From NCBI GenBank assembly GCA_045123895.1, contig JBGVKW010000059.1, positions 3,360-67,359 on the forward strand: a DNA stretch of 64,000 bases, in the 5' to 3' direction. Below, one piece after another: positions 18,087-27,578 of the stretch. The notes beneath the pieces are model-generated. The model had not been told where the DNA came from. It ran no database searches and saw nothing but the letters and a program-made list of their open reading frames with translations. This stretch comes from Agathobacter sp. (GTDB taxonomy: Bacteria > Bacillota > Clostridia > Lachnospirales > Lachnospiraceae). A program made the position numbers and the translations under genes. The number at the start of each line of letters is the position of its first letter. Positions within the stretch are counted from its first letter, which is position 1.

Positions 18087-18132
18087 TTGACAGAATGACA
18101 ATAGTATTATATCATGCAAGTAAACACTTGCA
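18087..18132 (+). promoter_or_regulatory. tetR promoter and palindromic operator TGCAAGT-N4-ACTTGCA
   Basis: TTGACA 18087-92, 17 bp, TATCAT 18110-15; operator 18115-18132; second copy at 18783-18800. Confidence 0.7.
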
Positions 18133-18148
18133 AAGGAGCATTTGGTAT

Positions 18149-18724
18149 ATGTATGATGAAACTCAATTTAGGATTATTGATGCGACAATGACTCTTATTA
18201 TTGAAAAAGGTTACTCTGGGGCAACTTCGAAGAATATTGCAAAGCTTGCTGGAGTAAATGAAAGCACAATTTTCAGAAGATTTGATGGAAAGAAGGAAAT
18301 AGTACTTGCTGCTATGGAACTTCCAAAATGGAATCCAGGATTGTCAGAAAGTGATTTTATTTATCGTGGAAATCTTACAGAGGATTTAGTTAATTTTGCA
18401 GATATATATATGTCTAAGGTTACACCACAAATGGTAAAAGTATCAATTGGTCTTCGATCAGCTGAACTTGAAGGCTCTGCAATGCCAGGAATCATGAAAG
18501 TGCCTATGATTTTCAAAACGATATTGATGAAGTATTTCACAGAGATGATTGAAAAAGGAAAAATGATAGAATGTGATATTGAGAGTGTTTCTTTACAGTT
18601 TATCTCAATGAATTTTGGATTTGTTTTTTTAGATGCATCATTTGGAGATAAATTAATTGGGGTATCTAAAACAGATTACATACGAAACAGTGTGGAAACA
18701 TTTGTAAAAGGAATAAGTGCATAA
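18149..18724 (+). CDS. TetR/AcrR family regulator
   Basis: IIDATMTLIIEKGYSGATSKNIAKLAGVNESTIFRRF; AAGGAG RBS before ATG 18149. Confidence 0.9.
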   Translation: MYDETQFRIIDATMTLIIEKGYSGATSKNIAKLAGVNESTIFRRFDGKKEIVLAAMELPKWNPGLSESDFIYRGNLTEDLVNFADIYMSKVTPQMVKVSIGLRSAELEGSAMPGIMKVPMIFKTILMKYFTEMIEKGKMIECDIESVSLQFISMNFGFVFLDASFGDKLIGVSKTDYIRNSVETFVKGISA

Positions 18725-18818
18725 TAGAATGAATACGTATACGTGCCTGAATTATTGCAGGCACGTAAAAAAATAACAACAATGCAAGTGATTACTTGCA
18801 CATGCGAAAGGAGAAAAA

Positions 18819-19634
18819 ATGAGAGTACTACAAATTAAAATTGATTTTAATGTGACACCACAAATCAAGAGATATGTATTTGTGTATGTAATTGAAACTG
18901 ACGAGGGATGCTATTTGATAGACTCAGGAGTTGCGGCAAGTGAGCAGCTGATAGAGAAAGCGATTATTGAAAGTGGACATCATCCATCTGAAATAAAGGC
19001 TGTATTTTTGACACATGCACATCCTGACCATATAGGAACAGCATACTATTTTCGTGAAAAATATGGAGCATCAATTTATGCAAGTGAGGGAGAACGCGCC
19101 TGGATAGAAGACATTGATTTACAATTTAAAGAGAGACCAATACCTAATTTTTATGTGCTTGCAGGAAAATCTGTACCTGTGGATTATGTTGTAAAAGATG
19201 GAGATGAAATAGTATTCTCAGACAACATCAGTGTTCATGTGATAGGAACTCCGGGGCATTCTGCAGATGAGGTTTCGTATCGGATTAACGATATGGTTTT
19301 TATAGGAGATGCTGTCCCAGTGAAGGGAGATATTCCTATATTTATTAACCTGGAGAAAACTAAGAATAGTCTAATGAGGCTGGATTCTTTATCGGATGTA
19401 AAGATGTTTTATCCAGCATGGGATCAGGCATATTCAACTGAGATGCTAAAAAAGAAAATTATTGATGCAAAAGAGATCGTAGCAAAACTGGAAGAGGTTG
19501 TTATCGAGGTGGATAATGGCATGGTTGATTTAGAACTGGTAGATTTGGTTTGCGAAAGATTGAATATGCCAATGTTAAAGAACAATCCATTGTTTGCAAG
19601 AACCGTGGAATGCTGTAGAAAGGATAGAAGCTAG
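18819..19634 (+). CDS. Metallo-beta-lactamase-fold hydrolase
   Basis: THAHPDHIG, TPGHS, GDA. Confidence 0.85.
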   Translation: MRVLQIKIDFNVTPQIKRYVFVYVIETDEGCYLIDSGVAASEQLIEKAIIESGHHPSEIKAVFLTHAHPDHIGTAYYFREKYGASIYASEGERAWIEDIDLQFKERPIPNFYVLAGKSVPVDYVVKDGDEIVFSDNISVHVIGTPGHSADEVSYRINDMVFIGDAVPVKGDIPIFINLEKTKNSLMRLDSLSDVKMFYPAWDQAYSTEMLKKKIIDAKEIVAKLEEVVIEVDNGMVDLELVDLVCERLNMPMLKNNPLFARTVECCRKDRS

Positions 19635-19636
19635 TT

Positions 19637-19927
19637 ATGGAATGTTATTTTATTGTAGACACATATATTGATGAAAATAAAGATAGAGGCTTGTATGATG
19701 AATATATTAAGAAGGTAAAGCCAATTGTTGAAAGTTTTGGAGGAGAGTATTTAGTTAGGACTGAGCAAATTACCTCTTTGCATTCACAAAGAAATCCTCA
19801 AAGAGTGATAATTATTAGATTTCCATCTAGACAAATATTGGAAGAATGTTTTAATTCAGAAGCTTACCGAAAGATTATGAAAAATAGGACAGAGAGTGTT
19901 GATGCTCGGGCGCTAATTGTTGAGTGA
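19637..19927 (+). CDS. DUF1330 protein
   Basis: Y..Y...V.PIVESFGGEYLVR, IIRFPS, FNSEAY..I...R. Confidence 0.85.
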   Translation: MECYFIVDTYIDENKDRGLYDEYIKKVKPIVESFGGEYLVRTEQITSLHSQRNPQRVIIIRFPSRQILEECFNSEAYRKIMKNRTESVDARALIVE

Positions 19928-19949
19928 AATAAGTTAATGGGATTTCATA

Positions 19950-19999
19950 TTGACACATACCCCGATGGGGTATATAATGCAAATACCCTACAGGGGTAT
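19950..19999 (+). promoter_or_regulatory. csoR-copA promoter with two CsoR operators
   Basis: TTGACA 19950-55, 17 bp, TATAAT 19973-78; ATACCCCGATGGGGTAT 19957-73 and ATACCCTACAGGGGTAT 19983-99. Confidence 0.85.
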
Positions 20000-20016
20000 A
20001 TACAAAAAGGAGAAAT

Positions 20017-20328
20017 ATGATGCCTGATAAAGAAATACATGGATGCTGTGAGAAAACAACAGCCCGCTCAGAGGAAGAACGAAAAAAACTGATACACCGT
20101 CTGAATCGAATCGAAGGACAGATTCGTGGTATTCGGGGAATGGTGGAAAAGGATGCATATTGTGCAGATATTTTGATGCAATCTGCGGCTGTGAATGCTG
20201 CAGTCAATGCTTTTAACAAGGAATTGCTGGCACATCACATCAAAGGCTGCGTTGCCAGGGATATCCGTGAGGGTAAGGATGAGGTAATAGATGAGTTAGT
20301 TGCAACTCTGCAAAAACTCATGAAATAA
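20017..20328 (+). CDS. csoR: Copper-sensing repressor CsoR
   Basis: RLNRIEGQIRGI, CADIL, HHIKGC. Confidence 0.9.
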   Translation: MMPDKEIHGCCEKTTARSEEERKKLIHRLNRIEGQIRGIRGMVEKDAYCADILMQSAAVNAAVNAFNKELLAHHIKGCVARDIREGKDEVIDELVATLQKLMK

Positions 20329-20344
20329 AGGAGACATATCAATT

Positions 20345-22873
20345 ATGGAACAATATACAGTAAATGGTATGACCTGCGCGGCCTGCACTGCTCGGGTGGA
20401 AAAAGCGGTATCGGGTGTGAAAGGAGTTACTTCCTGTTCAGTGAGCCTGCTGACCAATTCCATGGGGGTAGAAGGAACTGCATCTGCTGAGGAAATCATA
20501 GCGGTGGTTCGTGATGCAGGATACGAAGCATCTCTAAAAAATGGAAATAAAGATCAAATTACACGTTTATCCTCGGATGAGGATGCACTGAAGGATAGGG
20601 AAACTCCTGTGTTAAAAAAACGACTAATCGCTTCTCTTGGCTTTTGGATAATACTTATGTATGTTTCCATGGGGCATATGATGTGGGGATGGCCGTTACC
20701 ATCGTTTTTTGATGACAACCACGTGGCAATGGGGATTTTGCAGCTATTGTTAACAATTGCAATTATGGTTATTAACCAGAAGTTTTTTATCAGCGGATTT
20801 AAGAGCTTGTGGCATCATGCTCCGAATATGGATGCATTGGTTGCAATAGGTTCTGCGGCAGCTTTTATTTACAGTACAGTTGCCCTGTTTGCTATGACAG
20901 ATGCACAGGTTAAAGGCAAGGCAGATGCAGTAATGTCATATATGCACGAGTTTTACTTTGAATCTGCTGCCACGATTCTTGCGCTGATAACCTTAGGAAA
21001 AATGCTTGAGGCACGTTCGAAGGGAAAAACTACCGATGCACTGAAGGGGCTGATGAAGCTGGCTCCAAAGACTGCCACAATTCTGCGAGATGGTACCGAA
21101 ATTACAATGCCAATCGAGCAGGTGGCAAAGGGGGATATCTTTGTAGTACGTCCTGGTGAAAATATCCCTGTGGACGGAACTGTTTTGGATGGAAGCAGCG
21201 CAGTAGATGAATCCACCCTGACAGGAGAGAGTATTCCTGTAGACAAAGAGGCCGGAAGCACAGTTTCTGCAGGAACACTGAACCAATCTGGGTATATACG
21301 TTGTGAAGCGACAAGAGTGGGTGATGATACTACGCTTTCGCAAATCATTCAGATGGTAAGCGATGCAGCTTCAACAAAAGCACCGATTGCCAAGGTGGCG
21401 GACAAGGTATCAGGGATATTTGTTCCTGCTGTTATTGCAATTTCGGTTATAACCGTTATTGCATGGCTTCTTGTGGGACAGACAGCAGGATTTGCTCTGG
21501 CACGAGGAATATCTGTATTGGTGATTAGCTGTCCTTGCGCGCTTGGTCTTGCGACTCCTGTTGCCATCATGGTTGGCAACGGAATGGGTGCAAAAAACGG
21601 AATTCTCTTCAAGACGGCTGTGTCGCTGGAAAAAACGGGTAAGACACAGATTGTGGCACTTGATAAAACAGGAACGATTACCCAGGGGGAACCAAAAGTT
21701 ACGGACATGATTCCGATAAATGGCAAGAGTGAAAAAGAACTTTTGGCAATAGCCTATGCGTTGGAGAAAAAGAGTGAACATCCGCTGGCAAGGGCAATCC
21801 ATCAGGCAGCTGAGCAGGAGGGAGTGTCGGCAGACGAGGTCGAACAATTTCAGGCATTGCCCGGAAACGGACTAACGGCATTGCTTAATGGTACTATGTT
21901 GTATGGTGGTAGTTATCAGTTTGTAAGCGGAAAAATTCAGGTTCCTAATGAGATAAAAGTAAAGTATGAGCAGCTCTCGGAAGAGGGAAAAACACCATTG
22001 TTTTTTGCATGCGATGATGAACTTATTGGTATTATTGCCGTAGCGGATACCATTAAAGAAGACAGTCCCCAGGCAATTAATGAATTACAGAATATGGGTA
22101 TCCATGTGGTAATGCTGACTGGTGATAACGAACGTACAGCTAAAGCTATCGGTACCAAGGTTGGTGTGGATGAAGTGATTGCCGGAGTACTTCCCGATGG
22201 GAAGGAAAGTGTGATTCGTAAACTGCAGCAAAAAGGAAAGGTCATTATGGTTGGTGATGGCATCAACGACGCTCCTGCACTGACAAGTGCCGATATCGGC
22301 ATTGCCATTGGTGCAGGTGCGGATGTGGCGATTGATGCAGCAGATGTGGTACTGATGAAAAGTCGTCTGTCTGATGTTCCTGCGGCAATTCGTTTGAGCC
22401 GTGCAACGCTCCACAATATTCACGAGAATCTGTTTTGGGCATTCATTTACAACATTATTGGAATTCCTTTAGCTGCTGGAGTATTTATAAGTGTGCTGGG
22501 ATGGCAGCTTAATCCGATGTTTGCTGCTGCAGCCATGAGTTTGTCCAGCTTTAGTGTAGTGACCAACGCACTGCGCTTGAATTTCTTTAGAATACATGAT
22601 TCCAAACGGGATTATAAAATCAAAAATAATATTAAAATCAAAACTAAAAAGGAGATTAAAACTATGGAAAAAACATTGAAAATCGAAGGTATGATGTGTG
22701 GGCATTGCGAGATGCACACGAAAAAAGCTCTCGAAGCACTTGACGGTGTGGAAAAGGTGGAGGTTAGTCACGAGACAGGAACCGCTGTTGTGATCCTTGA
22801 GAAAAATGTTTCGGATGATGTTCTTATGCAGGCTGTTGTTGATCAAGGATATAAGGTAATAGATATTCAATAA
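20345..22873 (+). CDS. copA: Cu(I)-translocating P1B-type ATPase with extra C-terminal HMA domain
   Basis: CAAC, YFESAA, TGES, CPC, DKTGT, SEHPLA, GDGIND, MSLSS, C-terminal MMCGHC. Confidence 0.95.
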   Translation: MEQYTVNGMTCAACTARVEKAVSGVKGVTSCSVSLLTNSMGVEGTASAEEIIAVVRDAGYEASLKNGNKDQITRLSSDEDALKDRETPVLKKRLIASLGFWIILMYVSMGHMMWGWPLPSFFDDNHVAMGILQLLLTIAIMVINQKFFISGFKSLWHHAPNMDALVAIGSAAAFIYSTVALFAMTDAQVKGKADAVMSYMHEFYFESAATILALITLGKMLEARSKGKTTDALKGLMKLAPKTATILRDGTEITMPIEQVAKGDIFVVRPGENIPVDGTVLDGSSAVDESTLTGESIPVDKEAGSTVSAGTLNQSGYIRCEATRVGDDTTLSQIIQMVSDAASTKAPIAKVADKVSGIFVPAVIAISVITVIAWLLVGQTAGFALARGISVLVISCPCALGLATPVAIMVGNGMGAKNGILFKTAVSLEKTGKTQIVALDKTGTITQGEPKVTDMIPINGKSEKELLAIAYALEKKSEHPLARAIHQAAEQEGVSADEVEQFQALPGNGLTALLNGTMLYGGSYQFVSGKIQVPNEIKVKYEQLSEEGKTPLFFACDDELIGIIAVADTIKEDSPQAINELQNMGIHVVMLTGDNERTAKAIGTKVGVDEVIAGVLPDGKESVIRKLQQKGKVIMVGDGINDAPALTSADIGIAIGAGADVAIDAADVVLMKSRLSDVPAAIRLSRATLHNIHENLFWAFIYNIIGIPLAAGVFISVLGWQLNPMFAAAAMSLSSFSVVTNALRLNFFRIHDSKRDYKIKNNIKIKTKKEIKTMEKTLKIEGMMCGHCEMHTKKALEALDGVEKVEVSHETGTAVVILEKNVSDDVLMQAVVDQGYKVIDIQ

Positions 22874-22977
22874 TCAGTTGACACCAATAAAAGCTTTATG
22901 TACTAAATCTGTGATGTATCAATCTGCCTTATATACGCATAAAATAATGTGAATAATAATAAGGCAGGAAATTAAAA

Positions 22978-24123
22978 ATGAAAACTTTATATCCGGGAGA
23001 AGAGGGAACCTGGGTGAAATATCTTCAGCTGGCTTTACGTAGAGCAGGGCAAAAGATAGCACTGGATGGAATTTTTGGTCTTAATACATGTGAGGCTCTA
23101 AAGCAGGTTACGGGTAGCAGTGTAAGCTGTGTAGTTGAAGATGCACAATGGAAACTTCTCCTTCCGTATTTGAAGGGAGATGTATCCCACACCTCTTTTC
23201 CACTTGTTTCTACGGATGTACCATATTCTTCTCAAATGGTGGAGTGGGTAGTGGAAGGATTAAAAGCTCGGTATCCATATCTTGAAATCGGTGAAATAGG
23301 ACGAAGTGTTATGGGAAGACCACTATGGTATTTAAAACTGGGAAGAGGTTCAATAGAGGTCTCATATAATGCTTCGTTTCATGCAAATGAAAATATTACA
23401 ACACCTCTACTATTAAAGTTCGCAGAGAATCTTATGGATGCATATACAAAGCAGCATACATATTTGGATTTATATGCAGAGCGTCTGTTTCAGGAATTTA
23501 CTTTATATCTGATTCCACTTGTAAATCCAGATGGTGTGGATTTGGTAAACGGAGTACTTGACGATGAAAAATATTACAGACAGGCGGAAAACATAGCACA
23601 GGAATTTCCCCAAATACCTTTCCCTCAGGGATGGAAATCAAATATACAGGGTGTTGATTTAAATCTACAGTTTCCGGCAGGATGGGAAGAGGCTAAAAAA
23701 ATAAAATACGCTCAGGGATTTGTTAAACCTGCACCCCGCGATTATGTTGGGGTAGGACCTTTAAGCGAACCGGAGAGTATTGCCATGTACAATTTCACGA
23801 GAAGGCATAACTTTTCCTTGATACTTGCATATCACACTCAGGGAGAGGTTATCTACTGGAGATATCTCGATTATAATCCTAAAGGTGCATACAAAATCGG
23901 GCAGTATTTTTCAAGTGTCAGCGGATATAGTCTGGAGGAGACTCCCATGGCTTCAGCCTACGCAGGATATAAAGACTGGTTTATAAAGGAATTTAATAAA
24001 CCAGGGTATACGATTGAAGCGGGAAAGGGAATAAATCCTCTTTCGATGAATCAGTTTGATAAAATATATTCGGATAATGTTCAGATTTTGATTGGAGGAA
24101 TGACAGAGTTGGAGTACTATTAA
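22978..24123 (+). CDS. M14 carboxypeptidase (gamma-D-glutamyl-mDAP peptidase-like) with peptidoglycan-binding N-terminus
   Basis: HANE, GVDLNLQF, AYHTQG, TIEAG; N-terminal VKYLQLAL...DGIFG. Confidence 0.85.
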   Translation: MKTLYPGEEGTWVKYLQLALRRAGQKIALDGIFGLNTCEALKQVTGSSVSCVVEDAQWKLLLPYLKGDVSHTSFPLVSTDVPYSSQMVEWVVEGLKARYPYLEIGEIGRSVMGRPLWYLKLGRGSIEVSYNASFHANENITTPLLLKFAENLMDAYTKQHTYLDLYAERLFQEFTLYLIPLVNPDGVDLVNGVLDDEKYYRQAENIAQEFPQIPFPQGWKSNIQGVDLNLQFPAGWEEAKKIKYAQGFVKPAPRDYVGVGPLSEPESIAMYNFTRRHNFSLILAYHTQGEVIYWRYLDYNPKGAYKIGQYFSSVSGYSLEETPMASAYAGYKDWFIKEFNKPGYTIEAGKGINPLSMNQFDKIYSDNVQILIGGMTELEYY

Positions 24124-24195
24124 CGCATAGTGCAATTAATCAAAAGAGAAGAAATTGGTGTATAATAATACAAAAAGCAATTACAGGAGATAATT

Positions 24196-25302
24196 ATGTG
24201 GACTTATATACTGGTTATTGCAGGGCTTATATTTGTGACGGTGGCCTTGTACATGATAAGAGGCCTATCGCGAATAGAATTTATGCAGCACATATGCAAA
24301 GATAAAAAATGGCTCAGCGTGATACTAAGCATTGTTGGATTTGCTGTAGTGTTTACTGTATTTGTACTATGGCTTGATTATATAAACACAATACTGATTC
24401 TCATTCATTTATGTGTTTTCTGGATGCTGGTTGATTTTATCATGTTTATTCGCAAACGAATAACTGGCAAGGAAGCGAAAAGGTGGATGGCTACTCTCGT
24501 TGCATTTTCCATTTCAACTGTATATATCTTGACTGGTGTGTATCATGCATACAATGTTGATGAGACTACTTATCAGGTAAAAACTGATAAGAATGTAGGT
24601 GATATTCGTGTAGTATTGCTGGCAGATGCGCATATTGGTGCATTATTTGATGGAGATGGATTTGAAAAACATGTTGATAGAATACAGAAAGCAAATCCGG
24701 ATGTAGTGATTATCGCAGGGGATTTTGTAGATGATGACTCCAAAAGAGAAGATGTGGAAAAATGTTGCAAGGCATTAGGAAAGTTAGAGTGCAAGTATGG
24801 AGTCTATTATTCGCCGGGAAATCATGACAGAGGTTACTATAGCTACAGAGATTTTACATACAATGATTTGAAAATTGAATTTGAGAAGAATGGAATCGAT
24901 GTTTTAGAAGATGAGTGTGTTCTGATAGATGACAGATTTTATATCCTGGGACGAAAAGATAAATCAGAGTTTGCCATTGGAAGTGAAAGAAAATCCATGG
25001 AAGAAATGGTTTCTGGTCTTGATGAGTCAAAATATATGATAGTTGTGGACCATCAACCCAATGATTACAAAGCAGAGTATGAAAGCGGTGTGGATCTGGT
25101 GCTTTCAGGTCATACTCATGGAGGACAGTTATTTCCAGGTGCATATACAGGTGAGTGGACGGGATTAAATGAGCTTTCCTACGGAATGGAAAATATTAAT
25201 GATACATATTTTGTCGTTACGTCAGGTATTGCAGACTGGAGGTTGAAATTCAAGACAGGATGTAAGTCTGAATATGTAATAGTTGATGTAAAGGAAGAGT
25301 AA
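24196..25302 (+). CDS. Membrane-anchored metallophosphoesterase (YkuE-like)
   Basis: DAHIG, GDFVD, GNHD, HQP, GHTHGGQ; N-terminal TM helices. Confidence 0.9.
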   Translation: MWTYILVIAGLIFVTVALYMIRGLSRIEFMQHICKDKKWLSVILSIVGFAVVFTVFVLWLDYINTILILIHLCVFWMLVDFIMFIRKRITGKEAKRWMATLVAFSISTVYILTGVYHAYNVDETTYQVKTDKNVGDIRVVLLADAHIGALFDGDGFEKHVDRIQKANPDVVIIAGDFVDDDSKREDVEKCCKALGKLECKYGVYYSPGNHDRGYYSYRDFTYNDLKIEFEKNGIDVLEDECVLIDDRFYILGRKDKSEFAIGSERKSMEEMVSGLDESKYMIVVDHQPNDYKAEYESGVDLVLSGHTHGGQLFPGAYTGEWTGLNELSYGMENINDTYFVVTSGIADWRLKFKTGCKSEYVIVDVKEE

Positions 25303-25366
25303 AAACAGATGTTACATATGGTCTTGACTTTAGCGCTGTCAAGTGCTACGCTTATTATAGTTTAAT

Positions 25367-25434
25367 CGTTTAAGCAAACCAGTAAACAAATGGTTTGCTT
25401 AAAAAATACTAGTTAATTTAAACGGTTAAGCAAA
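25367..25434 (+). promoter_or_regulatory. Repeated TTAAGCAAA motifs, candidate LacI-family operators
   Basis: 12-bp inverted repeat TTAAGCAAACCA/TGGTTTGCTTAA (25370-25402) plus direct copy ending 25434. Confidence 0.45.
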
Positions 25435-25482
25435 ACAAAAATAACATTATTAAAAGATTGAAAAAGAAAGGAAGAAGAAGGT

Positions 25483-26625
25483 ATGAAAAAGGGAAAATCT
25501 AAAGTATGGATTGCAACAATGTTGGCGGCTGCAATGCTTGGAGGCTGTGGAGGTGGAAATTCATCAAACAGCGATAGTACTGAAGCACAAAGCCAGGTAG
25601 GAGAAAAGTATACAGTTACTTTTTATGATTCGGATGGAAAAACAGTGTTAGAAACCAGGGAAGTAAAAGCGGGAGAATGTGTTGAAGAATTTGAACCAGA
25701 AAAAGGAGACAGTACATTTGTAGGATGGTATGCTACTCCACAGATGAATCATCGTTTTGATTTTTCAACGAAAATTACATCAGATACATCAGTGTTTGGT
25801 GGATTTGTTTCTTATCAGGAGGATACAAGAAGATGGGCTATTGTAGGTAGCGGTAGCAGTCAGGCATTGCTTGAATCAAACTGGGGAAAAGTAATAAATG
25901 ACGCGCAGACTTTGAAAAAGGAAGATGTAGAGGGCGTTAATGAATACACAATTACTCTTGATTTAATGGAGGGAGATGAATTTCAGTTTGCCATTGATGA
26001 ATCATGGAGTGATCAAAGAGGCTTTGGATATTTAGATGGAATAGAAAAAGATGGCGTGGAGTATTTTGAAAATTCTGGAAGTCTTGGTGATGCCAAAGTT
26101 AAAAAAGCAAATATCAAAGTTGCTGTGCCAGGAAATTATACATTTACATTAACTACATATCCTTCTGAAGATTACTATGATACAGAGGATGAGTACTACA
26201 AAGAAGAGTCAAAGGAAAGCTTTAATTATAGTAATTATGACTGTATTACATGGACATATAATGGAGAATCTTCTTCCGCAGGAGTTGAGTGTCAGACAGA
26301 TTATTACATAAAAGGTGCTGTGATTACAGACTGGAAAGATGTTTATTCAGATGAGACAAAATTTACAGAGAAGGACGGAATATACACATTAACAATTGAT
26401 TTGACAAAAGATGATGAGTTCTTGTTTACCACATTGCTAACAAGTGGCGAAAACCAAAGTGTTGGAAATGAGTATGTGAGATTTACCAACATTGCTGCAG
26501 ATGACAAGGATACTCTTGCATGTATTTCGGAAGGAAGTAGCGCAAATATGGTAGCTGCAAAAGATGGAAAGTACACTTTTACATACGATCCAAAGACAAA
26601 GGTATTGCAGGCATCCTGCCAGTAA
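25483..26625 (+). CDS. Surface lipoprotein with InlB B-repeat and two putative starch-binding beta-sandwich modules
   Basis: Lipobox LGGC; YTVTFYDSDG...FVGWY...FDF B-repeat; repeated YTITLDL..GDEFQF / YTLTIDL..DDEFLF motifs; next to the GH13 locus. Confidence 0.6.
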   Translation: MKKGKSKVWIATMLAAAMLGGCGGGNSSNSDSTEAQSQVGEKYTVTFYDSDGKTVLETREVKAGECVEEFEPEKGDSTFVGWYATPQMNHRFDFSTKITSDTSVFGGFVSYQEDTRRWAIVGSGSSQALLESNWGKVINDAQTLKKEDVEGVNEYTITLDLMEGDEFQFAIDESWSDQRGFGYLDGIEKDGVEYFENSGSLGDAKVKKANIKVAVPGNYTFTLTTYPSEDYYDTEDEYYKEESKESFNYSNYDCITWTYNGESSSAGVECQTDYYIKGAVITDWKDVYSDETKFTEKDGIYTLTIDLTKDDEFLFTTLLTSGENQSVGNEYVRFTNIAADDKDTLACISEGSSANMVAAKDGKYTFTYDPKTKVLQASCQ

Positions 26626-26672
26626 AATTAGTTGAAGAACGCTTTAGCGTTCATAAACTGCCATTCCAGCAA

Positions 26673-27485
26673 TCAGATGCGGACATCATGCGCTACATCT
26701 TTTGTTCTCTCTAATGCATACTCCATGCATGTAAAGAGAGCGTTAGCCTTTTGCACTGTTATAACAGGCTGATAGCAGATTTGATTTGATGCATTGTTCG
26801 CATCTGCCATTCCTGTATAAATGGAATGTTCTAGAATGAGCAGTCGCTCGTTCGAGAATTTTGTAAGTTGATTTGGTGAATCAATATAGATAACATCTGG
26901 AAATACTTTTTCGATTATTGTTTTACGTTCCTGATTAGATGGTGTAAGTAAGAGGAGCTTATATGAAGCTCCATCAAAAAACTTTTCAGCTTCTTTTGCA
27001 ATTCGCACATAATCAGAATTGATTTGAAAAAAGAGCCCATTTCCAGGAACCAGGCAGTCTAATGCCAAAAGAGGTATATAATTGCGATCACCAATTTCAC
27101 AAAAATATTCTGAAGTAGTATCAAAACAGATAATAGCATCTGCATGATCAAAGCGTTCTGTATAGGAACTGCTAAGATATGTCAGGCTATAGTTTTGATC
27201 ATGAAAAAACGACGAAAGATAATTGATAACATACATCTGCTCAGCAAGTTTCAGTACAGAAACTTCAGGTGAAACGTAGAATGCTACAACGCGTTTTCGG
27301 CTAGTAGCTAATGCCTGAGCAGCCTGATTAGGAGTGTAGCCCAAGAGGTTGCTAATCTGTAATACTTTTTTACGGGTAGCATCACTGATGCGAAGGTCAG
27401 TACGATTGTTCATCACATATGATACAGTTGCAACTGAAACCCCTGCTTCGCGGGCTACGTCCTTAATGGTAATTCTACGATTCAA
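26673..27485 (-). CDS. LacI family regulator with short effector domain
   Basis: [34 protein letters not shown]; GGAGG RBS before TTG 27485. Confidence 0.85.
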   Translation of the reverse strand: MNRRITIKDVAREAGVSVATVSYVMNNRTDLRISDATRKKVLQISNLLGYTPNQAAQALATSRKRVVAFYVSPEVSVLKLAEQMYVINYLSSFFHDQNYSLTYLSSSYTERFDHADAIICFDTTSEYFCEIGDRNYIPLLALDCLVPGNGLFFQINSDYVRIAKEAEKFFDGASYKLLLLTPSNQERKTIIEKVFPDVIYIDSPNQLTKFSNERLLILEHSIYTGMADANNASNQICYQPVITVQKANALFTCMEYALERTKDVAHDVRI

Positions 27486-27578
27486 TTTAATTTCCTCCCC
27501 CATTCTTCGTCGTTCTTATCACAAGTTATAAAGAATTTAGGGGGATTTGTCAATAAGTGAAAAGGAGAAATTAACATA

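Noticed and set aside
18740-18773. 10-bp hairpin after tetR as a terminator
   Set aside because: It is followed by an A run on the plus strand, so there is no U tract in either orientation.
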